Of a DNA stretch of 64,000 bases, positions 39,169-48,413 are shown in pieces. The notes under the pieces are model-generated. The model ran no database searches and was not told where the DNA came from. It worked only from the letters and a program-made list of their open reading frames with translations. A program made the translations under genes and the position numbers. Where the stretch lies: positions 3,495 to 67,494 of the forward strand of contig VEOW01000115.1 of the NCBI GenBank assembly GCA_012026785.1, in the 5' to 3' direction. Every line of letters begins with the position of its first letter. Within the stretch, counting starts at the first letter, position 1. Source of the stretch: Chloroflexota bacterium. Its GTDB lineage: Bacteria > Chloroflexota > Limnocylindria > Limnocylindrales > CSP1-4.

Positions 39169-40251
39169 CTACCGGACGATCAGCGTCCCGGTCATCGCGG
39201 GGATCGGATGGACGGAGCAGATGAAGACGTATTCACCGGCTTCGAGCGGGGTGTACTGGTAGATCTGGGATTCTCCGCCCTCGGTGTGCGGCGTGTCCTG
39301 CAGCACCCCGCCGCCCCCGTCGCGGATGTCGATGTCGTGCGGGACCGACGGAGGGTCCTCGTTTCGAAGCTCGATCGCGAACGGCTCGCCGGCAGGGACC
39401 TCGATCTCGTGGGTGTCGAAGGCGATGTCCTTGGCGACGACGATGATCGTCCCGGGTGGCGCACTGGCCTGGCCGCTTGGCGCCGGCGAACCGCCGGGCC
39501 CGCCGGCCGCCTCGTCGGGGCCCTGGATCGGCAGGATTCCGAGCTGGAACAGGCCAACGAGCACGAACGCCACGGCGAACAGCTGCAGCCAGGTCGCCGG
39601 CCAGCGTTTCGGGGGCGGGTTCTCGAGGTGGCCGGTCGCGTCGGCCTCCTCGACCTTTCGATACTCGGCCGTGAAGTCGCCGAGCCAGCCGACGAGCGTC
39701 CAGGTGAGGAAGACCGCGGCCAGCACGAGGACCCAGCCGCCGAAGACGAGGCCGGCCATCAGGGCAAACGCCCCGAGGGAGGCGAGCAACGGGCGGATCG
39801 ATGGCCCGGGCATGTGGACGCCCGGTGGGGGTCCCTCGTGGACGACCGCCGGCAACGCCGTCGGGGACTCCAGGCGGTCGTATTCGCGAACCGCCTCCCG
39901 GCCCCAGACGAGCATCGTGGCGATGAGGAGGACAACGCCGATCCACAGGAATGCACCGCCGGCCACGAGCCCGAAGAACAGGGCCCCGGCGCCGAGGGCG
40001 ACGAGGATCGGGGACGCCGATGGACCGGGCATGTGGAGGTGCCTCGGCGTGACCGGCGTCACCCGCGCCGGCGCCCGGCGCGTCGGGCCGGCGGTCGCGA
40101 AGCGTCGGATGGTCCAGCCGAAGTACAGGAGCACCAGGAGCGCCAGCAGCAGCGGGATGCGGGCGACCAGCTCGCTCCAATCGGGGGTGATGAACGTTGC
40201 CGCGAGGTCGAGCAGCGTCTGCACCAGGTCCTTCGGCGCCTCGGTCTCCAT
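39169..40251 (-). CDS. polytopic membrane protein with internal tandem repeat and C-terminal type-1 copper (plastocyanin-like cupredoxin) domain
   Basis: Two repeats of about 55 aa (HMPGPS-x2-P-[IL]L[VA]-x-LGA-x-AL...GLV-x-GG...EY[DR][RK]), each with two TM helices. C-terminal domain has H (PHDIDI), C-x2-H-x4-M ([11 protein letters not shown]). Its end is identical to the CoxB C-terminal domain. Confidence 0.7.
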   Translation of the reverse strand: METEAPKDLVQTLLDLAATFITPDWSELVARIPLLLALLVLLYFGWTIRRFATAGPTRRAPARVTPVTPRHLHMPGPSASPILVALGAGALFFGLVAGGAFLWIGVVLLIATMLVWGREAVREYDRLESPTALPAVVHEGPPPGVHMPGPSIRPLLASLGAFALMAGLVFGGWVLVLAAVFLTWTLVGWLGDFTAEYRKVEEADATGHLENPPPKRWPATWLQLFAVAFVLVGLFQLGILPIQGPDEAAGGPGGSPAPSGQASAPPGTIIVVAKDIAFDTHEIEVPAGEPFAIELRNEDPPSVPHDIDIRDGGGGVLQDTPHTEGGESQIYQYTPLEAGEYVFICSVHPIPAMTGTLIVR

Positions 40252-40281
40252 TCGCCCTGCCTGCCTGCCGCGCGGCCCGGC

Positions 40282-40479
40282 CTACTCGCCCGGCTCGGAC
40301 GGCCCGGTGTGCAGCACGAAGGCCATGATCCCGAGGGCCACGCCAAGGGCGAACAGCATCGTCACGCCGGCCCACTCAACGTGGTAGCCGAGGACCGGCG
40401 CGAATGCCGCGTAGGCGATCGCGATCAGGATCGTGCCACCTGCGATCAGGCCGGCGATGAGGTTCCTGCTCAGGAGCAT
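40282..40479 (-). CDS. small two-TM membrane protein, putative oxidase subunit IV
   Basis: 65 aa, two hydrophobic helices, located immediately after ctaE in the operon. Assignment by position only. Confidence 0.4.
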   Translation of the reverse strand: MLLSRNLIAGLIAGGTILIAIAYAAFAPVLGYHVEWAGVTMLFALGVALGIMAFVLHTGPSEPGE

Positions 40480-40492
40480 CCGAGCCTCGCGC

Positions 40493-41134
40493 TTACAGGA
40501 GGTAGAGGACCGAGAAGAGCACGATCCACACGACGTCGACGAAGTGCCAGTACAGCGAGACCGCCTCGACCGCGTCGTGATGGCGTGACGAGAACTGGCC
40601 GAGCATGCCGCGGTACAGGATGACGCCGAGCATCAGGACGCCGCCGAAGACGTGCGCGCCGTGGAAGCCGGTCAGCGTGAAGTAGGTCGTTCCAAACGCA
40701 CCGGAGCCCATCGTCAGGCCCTCAGAGAACAGGATCGAGTAGTCGACCGCCTGCAGGCCCAGGAAGATCACACCGAGTACGAAGGTGACGGTGATGTTGC
40801 GAATGAACCCGGTCCGGTCGCCGCGCCGGATCGACCACACCGCGAACTGGCAGGTGAACGAGCTGGCGACGAGGATGATCGTCGCCACCAGGATCAACGA
40901 CAACGGATCCAGCAGTCCCTGGAACTCGGCCGGCGGCCACGGCTGGTTGGCGGCCCGTGTCGCGAAGTAGGCGGCGAACAGGCCCGAGAAGAACATCACC
41001 TCCGAGGTGATGAACAGCAACATCCCGAGGACGGGATTGCTGATGCCCCGGCTCGCGGCGTGGCCGGCGACGGCCGTCCCGTGCGAGGCGCCGTGGGCCT
41101 CGCTCGCGGCGACCGCGCGACTCTCGGCGGTCAT
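40493..41134 (-). CDS. ctaE: cytochrome c oxidase subunit III
   Basis: Heme-copper oxidase subunit III motifs (FITSEVMFF, GFHGAHV, LYWHFVDVVW). ATGA overlap with ctaD. The 780-aa track ORF is an upstream artefact. Confidence 0.85.
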   Translation of the reverse strand: MTAESRAVAASEAHGASHGTAVAGHAASRGISNPVLGMLLFITSEVMFFSGLFAAYFATRAANQPWPPAEFQGLLDPLSLILVATIILVASSFTCQFAVWSIRRGDRTGFIRNITVTFVLGVIFLGLQAVDYSILFSEGLTMGSGAFGTTYFTLTGFHGAHVFGGVLMLGVILYRGMLGQFSSRHHDAVEAVSLYWHFVDVVWIVLFSVLYLL

Positions 41135-42894
41135 CGCTTCGTCTCCAGGTCCTCGCCGGTCGTCGTCTGCTCGCCGACGCCGGCCTCGTCGTCGGGGGCC
41201 GCCGGGACCTCGCCTGACGGCGCCGGCTGCTCCAGCAGGGCCGGCCCGGGCTCCGGCTCCCCGTGCCCGACGAGCCCATGGCGGGCGTCGAACAGCGGCC
41301 GTTCGGAGCGGATCTCCGGGAGGCGGTCGAAGTTGTAGGGCGGCGGCGGCGAGGTGGTGGCCCACTCGAGGGTGTTGCCCTCCCACGGGTCGTTGCCGGC
41401 GACCTTGCCGTTCCGGAGCGAGACGAAGACGTTCCAGATGAACGGCAGCATCGATAGCCCGATGAGGAAGCCACCGATCGTGGCGACCAGGTTCCAGTCG
41501 TTCCAGCCGGCCCCGCTCGCGTAGTCGGCAATCCGCCGCGGCATGCCCTTGACGCCAAGGATGTGCATCGGGAAGAAGGTCAGGTTGAAGCCGATGAACA
41601 TCAGCACGAACTGGACCTTGCCGAGGCCCTCGTCGAGCATTCGACCGGTCATCTTCGGGAACCAGTAGTAGATGCCGGCGAAGACCCCGAACGCCGAGCC
41701 GCCGAACAGCACGTAGTGGAGGTGCGCGACGACCCAGTAGGTGTCGTGGAGGGCGAAATCGACCGGCACCGAGGCGCTGAAGGCGCCGTTGATGCCGCCG
41801 ATCAGGAACATCGTCAGGAAGCCGACCGCGAACAGCAGCGGCGTCGAGAACGTCAGCTGGCCGCGGAACATCGTGAAGACCCAGTTGAACATCTTCACGC
41901 CGGTCGGGACCGCGATCAGGAACGTCATCAGGCTGAAGAACGGCAGGAAGACCGCGCCGGTCGTGAACATGTGGTGGGCCCAGACCGAGAAGCCGAGTGC
42001 CCCGATCCCGGCGGTGGCGAAGACGAACGCCTTGTAGCCGAACAGCGGCTTCCGGCTGAAGACCGGCAGGACCTCGCTGATCACGCCCATCGCCGGCAGG
42101 ACCATGACGTAGACCGCCGGGTGGGAGTAGAACCAGAACACGTTCTGGTACAGGACGGCGATGCCGCCGCTTTCGGGGTTGAAGAACGAGCCGCCGAGGT
42201 TGCGGTCGATGTACAGCATCACGATCGCGCTGGTGATCACCGGCGTCGCCATCACGACCAGGATGCTCGTGACCAGGACGGTCCAGACCATGATCGGCAT
42301 CCGGAACAGGGTCATCCCGGGGGCTCGCATCTTGAAGATCGTGACGAGGAAGTTGATGCCGCCGAGGATCGAGCTCGTGCCGATGAGGACCAGCGACGCG
42401 ATCCACAGGTCCTGCCCGGGGCCGGGGGACGCGAGGGGGCTGTTCCCGGCAAGCGGCGGATAGCTCGTCCAGCCCGCGGCGGCCGCGCCGCCGGGTGTCA
42501 GGAAGCCCATCAGCAGCAGGATCCCGCCGAGCGGCAGCATCCAGAACGACAGGGCGTTGATGCGCGGGAACGCCATGTCCGGCGCACCGATCATGAGCGG
42601 GACGGCGAAGTTCCCGAGCCCGGCCAGCATCGGGATGATGAACAGGAAGATCATCACCGTCGCGTGGATGGTGAACGACTCGTTGTAGACGTGCTCGTTC
42701 TGGAACAGCTGCAGTCCCGGTGCCGCCAGCTCGGCCCGGACGAGCAGTGCGAAGATCCCGCCAATCAGGAAGAACAAGAACGAGTTGATGACGTAGAGGA
42801 TCCCGATCTTCTTGTGGTCGGTCGTCGTCAGCCACTCGTAGAGGCCGCCGCGATACCCGGCGACGGCGGCGGGGCTCAGGGCGTGGGTGGCCAT
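41131..42894 (-). CDS. ctaD: cytochrome c oxidase subunit I
   Basis: 12-TM heme-copper oxidase I with DHKKIGILY, the GGFGN-region equivalent, HHMFT and VAHFHYV-like His ligands. Confidence 0.9.
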   Translation of the reverse strand: MATHALSPAAVAGYRGGLYEWLTTTDHKKIGILYVINSFLFFLIGGIFALLVRAELAAPGLQLFQNEHVYNESFTIHATVMIFLFIIPMLAGLGNFAVPLMIGAPDMAFPRINALSFWMLPLGGILLLMGFLTPGGAAAAGWTSYPPLAGNSPLASPGPGQDLWIASLVLIGTSSILGGINFLVTIFKMRAPGMTLFRMPIMVWTVLVTSILVVMATPVITSAIVMLYIDRNLGGSFFNPESGGIAVLYQNVFWFYSHPAVYVMVLPAMGVISEVLPVFSRKPLFGYKAFVFATAGIGALGFSVWAHHMFTTGAVFLPFFSLMTFLIAVPTGVKMFNWVFTMFRGQLTFSTPLLFAVGFLTMFLIGGINGAFSASVPVDFALHDTYWVVAHLHYVLFGGSAFGVFAGIYYWFPKMTGRMLDEGLGKVQFVLMFIGFNLTFFPMHILGVKGMPRRIADYASGAGWNDWNLVATIGGFLIGLSMLPFIWNVFVSLRNGKVAGNDPWEGNTLEWATTSPPPPYNFDRLPEIRSERPLFDARHGLVGHGEPEPGPALLEQPAPSGEVPAAPDDEAGVGEQTTTGEDLETKR

Positions 42895-42907
42895 GCGCGC
42901 GCCCTCC

Positions 42908-44017
42908 TCAGCGGACCGTCAGCGTCCCGGTCATCGCCGGGATGGGGTGGACGGAGCAGATGAACGTGTAGGTGCCCGCCGGGAGCGGGTCGTAGGTGTA
43001 GGTGGTGGAGGTTCCGCCGTCGATCGTCGGCTGGTCCTGGACGACGGTGGTGTTGTCGGTCTCGCGGATGTCGGCGTCATGCGGAACGCCGGGCGGGTCA
43101 TTGTTGGCGAACTGGATGGCGAACGGCGTGTCGGCCGGCACTTCCAGCTCGAGCGTGTCGTAGGCGATGTTTTCGGCCGAGAGGGTCAGCGTCGTCGCCC
43201 CGCTCGGCAGCGGCGGCGGGGTGGCGTTCGACTTCTCGATCAGCGCCGCCAGCCAGGCGTCGAAGTCGGCCTGGCTCAGCGCGAGGACGTCGAACAGCAT
43301 GACCCGATGTCCGGTCCCGCACAGCTCGGCGCACTGGCCGCGGTACGTCTGGCCGGCCTCGCTGGGGTCGAGGGTGAACTCGAAGTGGTTGGTCTGCCCG
43401 GGCACGACATCGCGCTTGAAGAGGAAGCGCGGGACGTACCAGGCGTGGATCACGTCGGGGCTGTCGAGGGTCACGTAGACCGTTCGCCCGACCGGGACGG
43501 CCATGCCGCCGCCCTGGTCGGCCACGGGGACGGACTGGGTGGCGAGAACCTGGCCGTTCGCGTCGAGGTACTCGAACTGCCACTGGAACTGGCCGGCCAC
43601 AGCGTGGACTCGAACGTCGGGATCGACGCTCACGGCTTCGATGTTGTTCAGCGTCTGCCACGAGATGACGAAGAGGTACAGGACGATGACCGTCGGGATC
43701 AGCGTCCACAGCACCTCGACGAAGTTGTTGCCGTGAGTCTGCGGCGGCAGGTCGGTGTCGGTCGGCTTCCGGCGGTAGCGGATGATGCTCCAGACGATCA
43801 GGCCCTCGACGGCGACGAAGATCGCGACGGCGATGGCGAAGACGATGTCGTAGAGCGAGGCGATCTCGCGAGCCTGGTCGGTCGCGGGCGCAGGCGGATA
43901 GAGGGCCGACCCGGCTCCGGTCAGGAACACCACGGCGACGACGGCGATCAGGAGCAGAACCACGGCACCCGCCACGAGCGCTTCGGAGGCGGGTTGTTTC
44001 CTGGGACTCGTCGACAT
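42908..44017 (-). CDS. ctaC: cytochrome c oxidase subunit II with C-terminal fused cupredoxin (blue-copper) domain
   Basis: Two N-terminal TM helices. CuA centre HAWYVPRF...CAELCGTGHRVM. Extra C-terminal domain has PHDADI...[18 protein letters not shown] (H, C-x2-H-x4-M) in the place where caa3 oxidases carry cytochrome c. Confidence 0.85.
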   Translation of the reverse strand: MSTSPRKQPASEALVAGAVVLLLIAVVAVVFLTGAGSALYPPAPATDQAREIASLYDIVFAIAVAIFVAVEGLIVWSIIRYRRKPTDTDLPPQTHGNNFVEVLWTLIPTVIVLYLFVISWQTLNNIEAVSVDPDVRVHAVAGQFQWQFEYLDANGQVLATQSVPVADQGGGMAVPVGRTVYVTLDSPDVIHAWYVPRFLFKRDVVPGQTNHFEFTLDPSEAGQTYRGQCAELCGTGHRVMLFDVLALSQADFDAWLAALIEKSNATPPPLPSGATTLTLSAENIAYDTLELEVPADTPFAIQFANNDPPGVPHDADIRETDNTTVVQDQPTIDGGTSTTYTYDPLPAGTYTFICSVHPIPAMTGTLTVR

Positions 44018-44123
44018 GACTCCTCGTGCGGTCGGTCAGGACAAGGGGTCCAACGGGCTGCGCTCGACACCCGCCGGAACAGGACGCGCGTGCTGGCCGA
44101 CCGCGACGGGTCAACCGACCCGC

Positions 44124-45233
44124 ATGATAGCGCGAGGCCGAGATCGCGCGCCGTGCCACCATGACGGGGTGATCTGCCTCTCCTCGTGCCCCGGCCGCGT
44201 CGTCCCCCGGCTCGTCGGGGGCGGCGTTGCCGTCCTCGCGCTGGCCGCGATCGCGGGCCCGGTGGCGGCCCACGGCGGCGCGCCCGACGAGGCGCCGACG
44301 CTGGCGTCGTTCGTGTTCGACTGGTCGTTCGAGCCGCTGGTCGCGATCCCGTTGGTCCTGGCTGCGCTGGTCTGGCTGACCCTCGTCGACCGCGCCGGCC
44401 GACTGCATCCCGGGCACCCGGTCTCGCCATGGCGCACGGCGGCGTTCTTCGGCGGGCTGGCGGCGGTCGCGATGGCCCTCATGTCCGGGGTGGAGGCGTA
44501 CGACACGACCCTCTTCTCGGTCCACATGGTCCAGCACATGCTGCTGACCTTCGCCGCCGCGCCGCTCCTCGTTCTCGCCGCGCCGGTCACCCAGCTGCTA
44601 CGGGCCGCCAGCCCGGAGGTCCGGCGCCGCTGGATCCTGCCGATCCTGCACTCTGGCCCGGTGGCCGTCCTCGGCCACCCGGTGGTCGCGTGGCTGACGT
44701 TCACGGTCGTCATGTGGGCGACCCACTTCTCGCCGCTGTTCGACATGGCGCTCGAGGACCCCTTCCTCCACGACATCGAGCACGCGCTGTTCCTCGGGTC
44801 CGCGCTGCTGTTCTGGTGGCCGGTCGTGGGGGCCGATCCCGGTCCGCGGCGAATGGGCTTCGCCGGGCGGGGCCTGTACCTACTCCTGCAGATGCCGCCG
44901 AACTCGTTCCTCGCGGTCGCGATCCTGATGGCCGGCGCGCCGCTGTACCCCCATTACGCGACACTCGGCTCGCCCTACGGCATCGACCCGCTGGCCGACC
45001 AGCAGCTCGCCGCCGGGCTGATGTGGGTCGTCTCCGACTTCGTGTTCATCGGCGCGATCCTGCTCGTGGTCGCGGCCTGGATGCGCCAGGAGGAGCGGGA
45101 CGCCCCGGCGGTCGAGCGGCGGGTGGAGCGGGAGCGGCAGCGGATCAGCCAGCGGGCGGAGGAGCTCGCTGCCCGGACCGGTCAGCCCGGCGAGCCGTCC
45201 TCGGGCGGCGGCCAGGCGAGCAGGGTTCGGTAG
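44124..45233 (+). CDS. CtaG/caa3-type cytochrome oxidase assembly factor-like membrane protein
   Basis: Signal/TM N-terminus, 7 TM helices, conserved HMVQHML and H-rich loops. Divergent from ctaC. The ATG at 44124 is chosen from several candidates. Confidence 0.6.
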   Translation: MIARGRDRAPCHHDGVICLSSCPGRVVPRLVGGGVAVLALAAIAGPVAAHGGAPDEAPTLASFVFDWSFEPLVAIPLVLAALVWLTLVDRAGRLHPGHPVSPWRTAAFFGGLAAVAMALMSGVEAYDTTLFSVHMVQHMLLTFAAAPLLVLAAPVTQLLRAASPEVRRRWILPILHSGPVAVLGHPVVAWLTFTVVMWATHFSPLFDMALEDPFLHDIEHALFLGSALLFWWPVVGADPGPRRMGFAGRGLYLLLQMPPNSFLAVAILMAGAPLYPHYATLGSPYGIDPLADQQLAAGLMWVVSDFVFIGAILLVVAAWMRQEERDAPAVERRVERERQRISQRAEELAARTGQPGEPSSGGGQASRVR

Positions 45234-46186
45234 CGTTCGGGATCCACGTTCCCACCGCTGACCACGGCAACGATGGTCCCACGGGCGTCCGCCAGGTTGG
45301 CCTCGGCGAGGTGGTAGCAGGCCGCTGCCGCGGCCAGTGCGCCCGACGGCTCGGCGACAAGGCGGCTCTCCTCGGCAATCCGGCGCACGGCCGCCGCGAT
45401 CTCCGCCTCGGTCACGGTCACGATCGCGTCGAGCAAACGCGAGAGGTGGGCGAAGTTGCGCTCGCCGATCGATTGCGTTCGGGTGCCATCGGCGATCGTG
45501 CGGCTCGTCAGGGCCCCGTCCCAGCGGACCCGGCGACCCTCCCGCAGCGACGCCGCCGCGTCAGCGGCCAGCTCCGGCTCCACGCCGATCACCCGAGCGG
45601 CCGGGCACAGGGCAGCGACGGCGACCGCGACGCCCGACGCCAGCCCACCGCCCCCCACCGGCACCAGCACCGCCTCGAGATCGGGGACGTCCTCGGCGAT
45701 CTCGAGCCCGACCGTGCCCTGGCCGGCGATGATCCGGTCGTCGTCGTAGGGCGGGATCGGGACGAGCCCGCGCTCGCTGGCCAGCCGTTCGGCCATCGCC
45801 TCGCGCTCGCCGCTGGCCGTCCCGACGGTCACGATCTCGGCGCCGTCCGCCTCGACCCGGCGGCGCTTCACGGCCGGGGCATCCGAGGGCATCACGATCG
45901 TCGCCCGGACGCCGAGCAGGCGGGCCGCCCGGGCGACGCCCTGGGCATGGTTGCCCGACGAATGGGTCACGACCCCGCGCGCCCGCTGCTCGGAGGTGAG
46001 CGAGGCGATGGCGTGGTAGGCGCCGCGGATCTTGAATGCCCCGATGGGCTGGAGCGACTCGGCCTTCAGGAGGACCCGCGGCGGGCCGGGCAGGAACGGC
46101 ACGAGAGGCGTTCGGATGGCCACTCCCGCGAGATTCGCCGCGGCCGCCCGGACCTCGTCGATGGTGACGAGGCCCGCCTCGTTCAC
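45182..46186 (-). CDS. PLP-dependent threonine/serine dehydratase (IlvA/TdcB-like, no ACT domain)
   Basis: SLQPIGAFKIRGA with the PLP Lys, HSSGNHAQGVA and GGGGL glycine loop. GTG at 46186 overlaps the DksA-like stop (GTGA). Confidence 0.75.
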   Translation of the reverse strand: MNEAGLVTIDEVRAAAANLAGVAIRTPLVPFLPGPPRVLLKAESLQPIGAFKIRGAYHAIASLTSEQRARGVVTHSSGNHAQGVARAARLLGVRATIVMPSDAPAVKRRRVEADGAEIVTVGTASGEREAMAERLASERGLVPIPPYDDDRIIAGQGTVGLEIAEDVPDLEAVLVPVGGGGLASGVAVAVAALCPAARVIGVEPELAADAAASLREGRRVRWDGALTSRTIADGTRTQSIGERNFAHLSRLLDAIVTVTEAEIAAAVRRIAEESRLVAEPSGALAAAAACYHLAEANLADARGTIVAVVSGGNVDPERYRTLLAWPPPEDGSPG

Positions 46187-46524
46187 CTTGGCCGCTTCCT
46201 CGCGTCGTCGATGCACAGCGAGACCCACGGGATGGCCTCCAGCCGCTCCGGCGCGATCGGCCGGCCGCATTCCACGCAGGTCCCGTAGTCGCCTCGATCC
46301 AGCGCCTCAAGGGCCCAGCGGACGTTGGCCAGCTCGGAGCGCGCCTGGTCTCGGAGGGCGAGATCCCGCTGCTGCTCGAAGACGTGGGTGGCGGCCGCGG
46401 CCTGGGAGCCGTAGGTCATCTGGCCGGGCCCCTCGATCGGCTCCCCGAGCAGCTCGAGCAGACGCCGTTGCTCGGCTTGGAGCCGCGCACGGATGACCGC
46501 CAGATCGAGTCCCGTTTCCGTCAT
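46183..46524 (-). CDS. DksA/TraR-family C4 zinc-finger regulator
   Basis: Coiled-coil N-terminus and C-terminal CVECGRPI...C zinc finger. Start at MTETGLD (46524). Confidence 0.7.
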   Translation of the reverse strand: MTETGLDLAVIRARLQAEQRRLLELLGEPIEGPGQMTYGSQAAAATHVFEQQRDLALRDQARSELANVRWALEALDRGDYGTCVECGRPIAPERLEAIPWVSLCIDDARKRPR

Positions 46525-46616
46525 CGATCGATCGTACCAGCGCCCAATCCAGCTTCGAGGGCCCACTGAGCACCGATCGCGGGGCCGATCGGCCCCATCG
46601 CGCCGGGCGCTCGAAC

Positions 46617-47420
46617 CTACAGCCGCGCCCCGGCGGTCTCGGCCCCGCTGATTCGTGTCGCCAACCAGACCGGGATGATGCTGACCAGGATCAGCACGAA
46701 TGCCAGGACGTTGACGACCGGCAGCTCGTTGGGCCGCTGGATCGCGGCGAAGATGAACATTGGAATCGTCTGCGTTCCCGGCCCGGACGTGAACAGCGTC
46801 ACGATGATCTCGTCGAACGACAGCGCGAACGACAGCAGTCCCCCGGACATGAGGGCCGTGCCGAGCCGTGGGCCCGTGACTCGGCGGAACGTCGTCCACA
46901 TATCGCCGCCAAGATCAGCCGAGGCTTCCTCCGGTGAGCGCGGGAGGCGTCGCAGTCGCGCGATGACGTTGTTGTAGACAACCACGACGCAGAAGGTGGC
47001 GTGCCCGATCACGACCGTCAGCAGCCCGAAATCGATGCCGACGGTGATGAACGTCCGCTGCAGGGCGACGCCCGTCACAACGCCGGGGAGGGCGATCGGA
47101 AGCACGAGGAGGAACGAGATGGTCTGTCGCCCGAAGAAGCTGTACCGGTGGACCGCGATCGCGGCCAGCGTCCCGAGGACGAGGGCGACCCCAGTGGCGA
47201 ACGAGCCCGCCAGCAGCGAGTTCACCACGGCCCGGGTCACGGCCGGGTTGTTGAGGGCCTCCTCGAACCAGTGGAGGGTGAGATCCGCCGGTGGCCACGC
47301 CTGCAGGCGGCTGCTGTTGAAGGCATAGATCGCGACGACGATCAATGGCAGGTACAGGAACGCGAGCACGGCACTGCTGGCGATCCGCAGCAGCCACTTC
47401 ACGGGACGGGACTCAACCAT
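46617..47420 (-). CDS. polyamine-type ABC transporter permease (PotC-like)
   Basis: 6-TM BPD permease with an EAA-loop region (EEASADLGGDMWTTFRRVTGP). Confidence 0.8.
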   Translation of the reverse strand: MVESRPVKWLLRIASSAVLAFLYLPLIVVAIYAFNSSRLQAWPPADLTLHWFEEALNNPAVTRAVVNSLLAGSFATGVALVLGTLAAIAVHRYSFFGRQTISFLLVLPIALPGVVTGVALQRTFITVGIDFGLLTVVIGHATFCVVVVYNNVIARLRRLPRSPEEASADLGGDMWTTFRRVTGPRLGTALMSGGLLSFALSFDEIIVTLFTSGPGTQTIPMFIFAAIQRPNELPVVNVLAFVLILVSIIPVWLATRISGAETAGARL

Positions 47421-47426
47421 CGGCGA

Positions 47427-48356
47427 TCACAGCGATTCGAAGGCGCCGAGCCGCCGCGCGACCGCCAGGTAGACGACCATGATCGTGATCGGCACCAGGG
47501 AATAGGCGGCGGCGAGCGGCGGGCTGCCGAGGCTCGAGTTGTCGTAGATGACATTGCCGATGAACTTCGCGTCCGACACGAGGTCGGGCGTGATGTAGTC
47601 ACCGAGCGTCAGCGAGAACGTGAAGATCGAGCCGGCGACGAGGGCCGGGAACACGAGCGGCAGGATGACCCGCCGGAACGTCGTCCGCGCCCGGCCGCCC
47701 AGGTCCGCCGACGCCTCCAGCAACGACGCGGGAATGCGCTCGAGGCCGGCGTACAGGGGCAGGATCATGTACGGCAGCCACAGGTAGCTCAGCACGAGCC
47801 ACGTGTTGGCGAGCTCCTTCAGGCCCTGCCACGGCTGGCCGAGGCCGAAGGGCTCCAGGACCCATTCGAGCAGTCCGTTGCCCTGGAGGATCGTCCGCCA
47901 GGCGTACACCTTCACCAGGTAGGCCGCCCAGAGCGGCATGAGCACGGCGATCACCAGCGCGTTCCGAACGCGCGGCGAGGCGACTCGGGCCATGTAGTAG
48001 GCGATCGGGAAGGCCAGCAGCGCGTCGGTTACCGTCACCAGCGCGGCGATCCCGATGGTCCGGATGGCGACCGTCCGGTAGACCTCACCGTTGATGAGGC
48101 TCTCGAACGCCGCCAGCGACCAGGCGAACGGCTCCACGTTGCCGGTGAAGGTGTCCTTCTCCCAGAACGCGCTCAGCAGCAGCACGAACAGCGAACCGAG
48201 ATAGACGAGGACCAGCCAGCCCAGGGGGGTGGCGAGCAGCAGCCCGAGCTGCAGCCGGCGGCGAGGGAACAGCCAGATCGCTAGCCGTCGGGGCAGGCTG
48301 CGGGGTGGGCGCTCGTCGTGGGTCGCGTGGATCGATGTGGCAGTCATGTCGACCAA
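47427..48356 (-). CDS. polyamine-type ABC transporter permease (PotB-like)
   Basis: BPD permease with EAA loop (LEASADLGGRARTTFRRVILP). Confidence 0.8.
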   Translation of the reverse strand: MVDMTATSIHATHDERPPRSLPRRLAIWLFPRRRLQLGLLLATPLGWLVLVYLGSLFVLLLSAFWEKDTFTGNVEPFAWSLAAFESLINGEVYRTVAIRTIGIAALVTVTDALLAFPIAYYMARVASPRVRNALVIAVLMPLWAAYLVKVYAWRTILQGNGLLEWVLEPFGLGQPWQGLKELANTWLVLSYLWLPYMILPLYAGLERIPASLLEASADLGGRARTTFRRVILPLVFPALVAGSIFTFSLTLGDYITPDLVSDAKFIGNVIYDNSSLGSPPLAAAYSLVPITIMVVYLAVARRLGAFESL

Positions 48357-48413
48357 ACCATGATGAAGGGCTCCCCGCGGCGCGGGGAGCCCTTATCACG
48401 CTGCTTCTCCGGA

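Noticed and set aside
40493-42835. 780-aa minus-strand ORF
   Set aside because: Only the last 213 codons (ctaE) are real. The upstream part is an out-of-frame read-through across ctaD.
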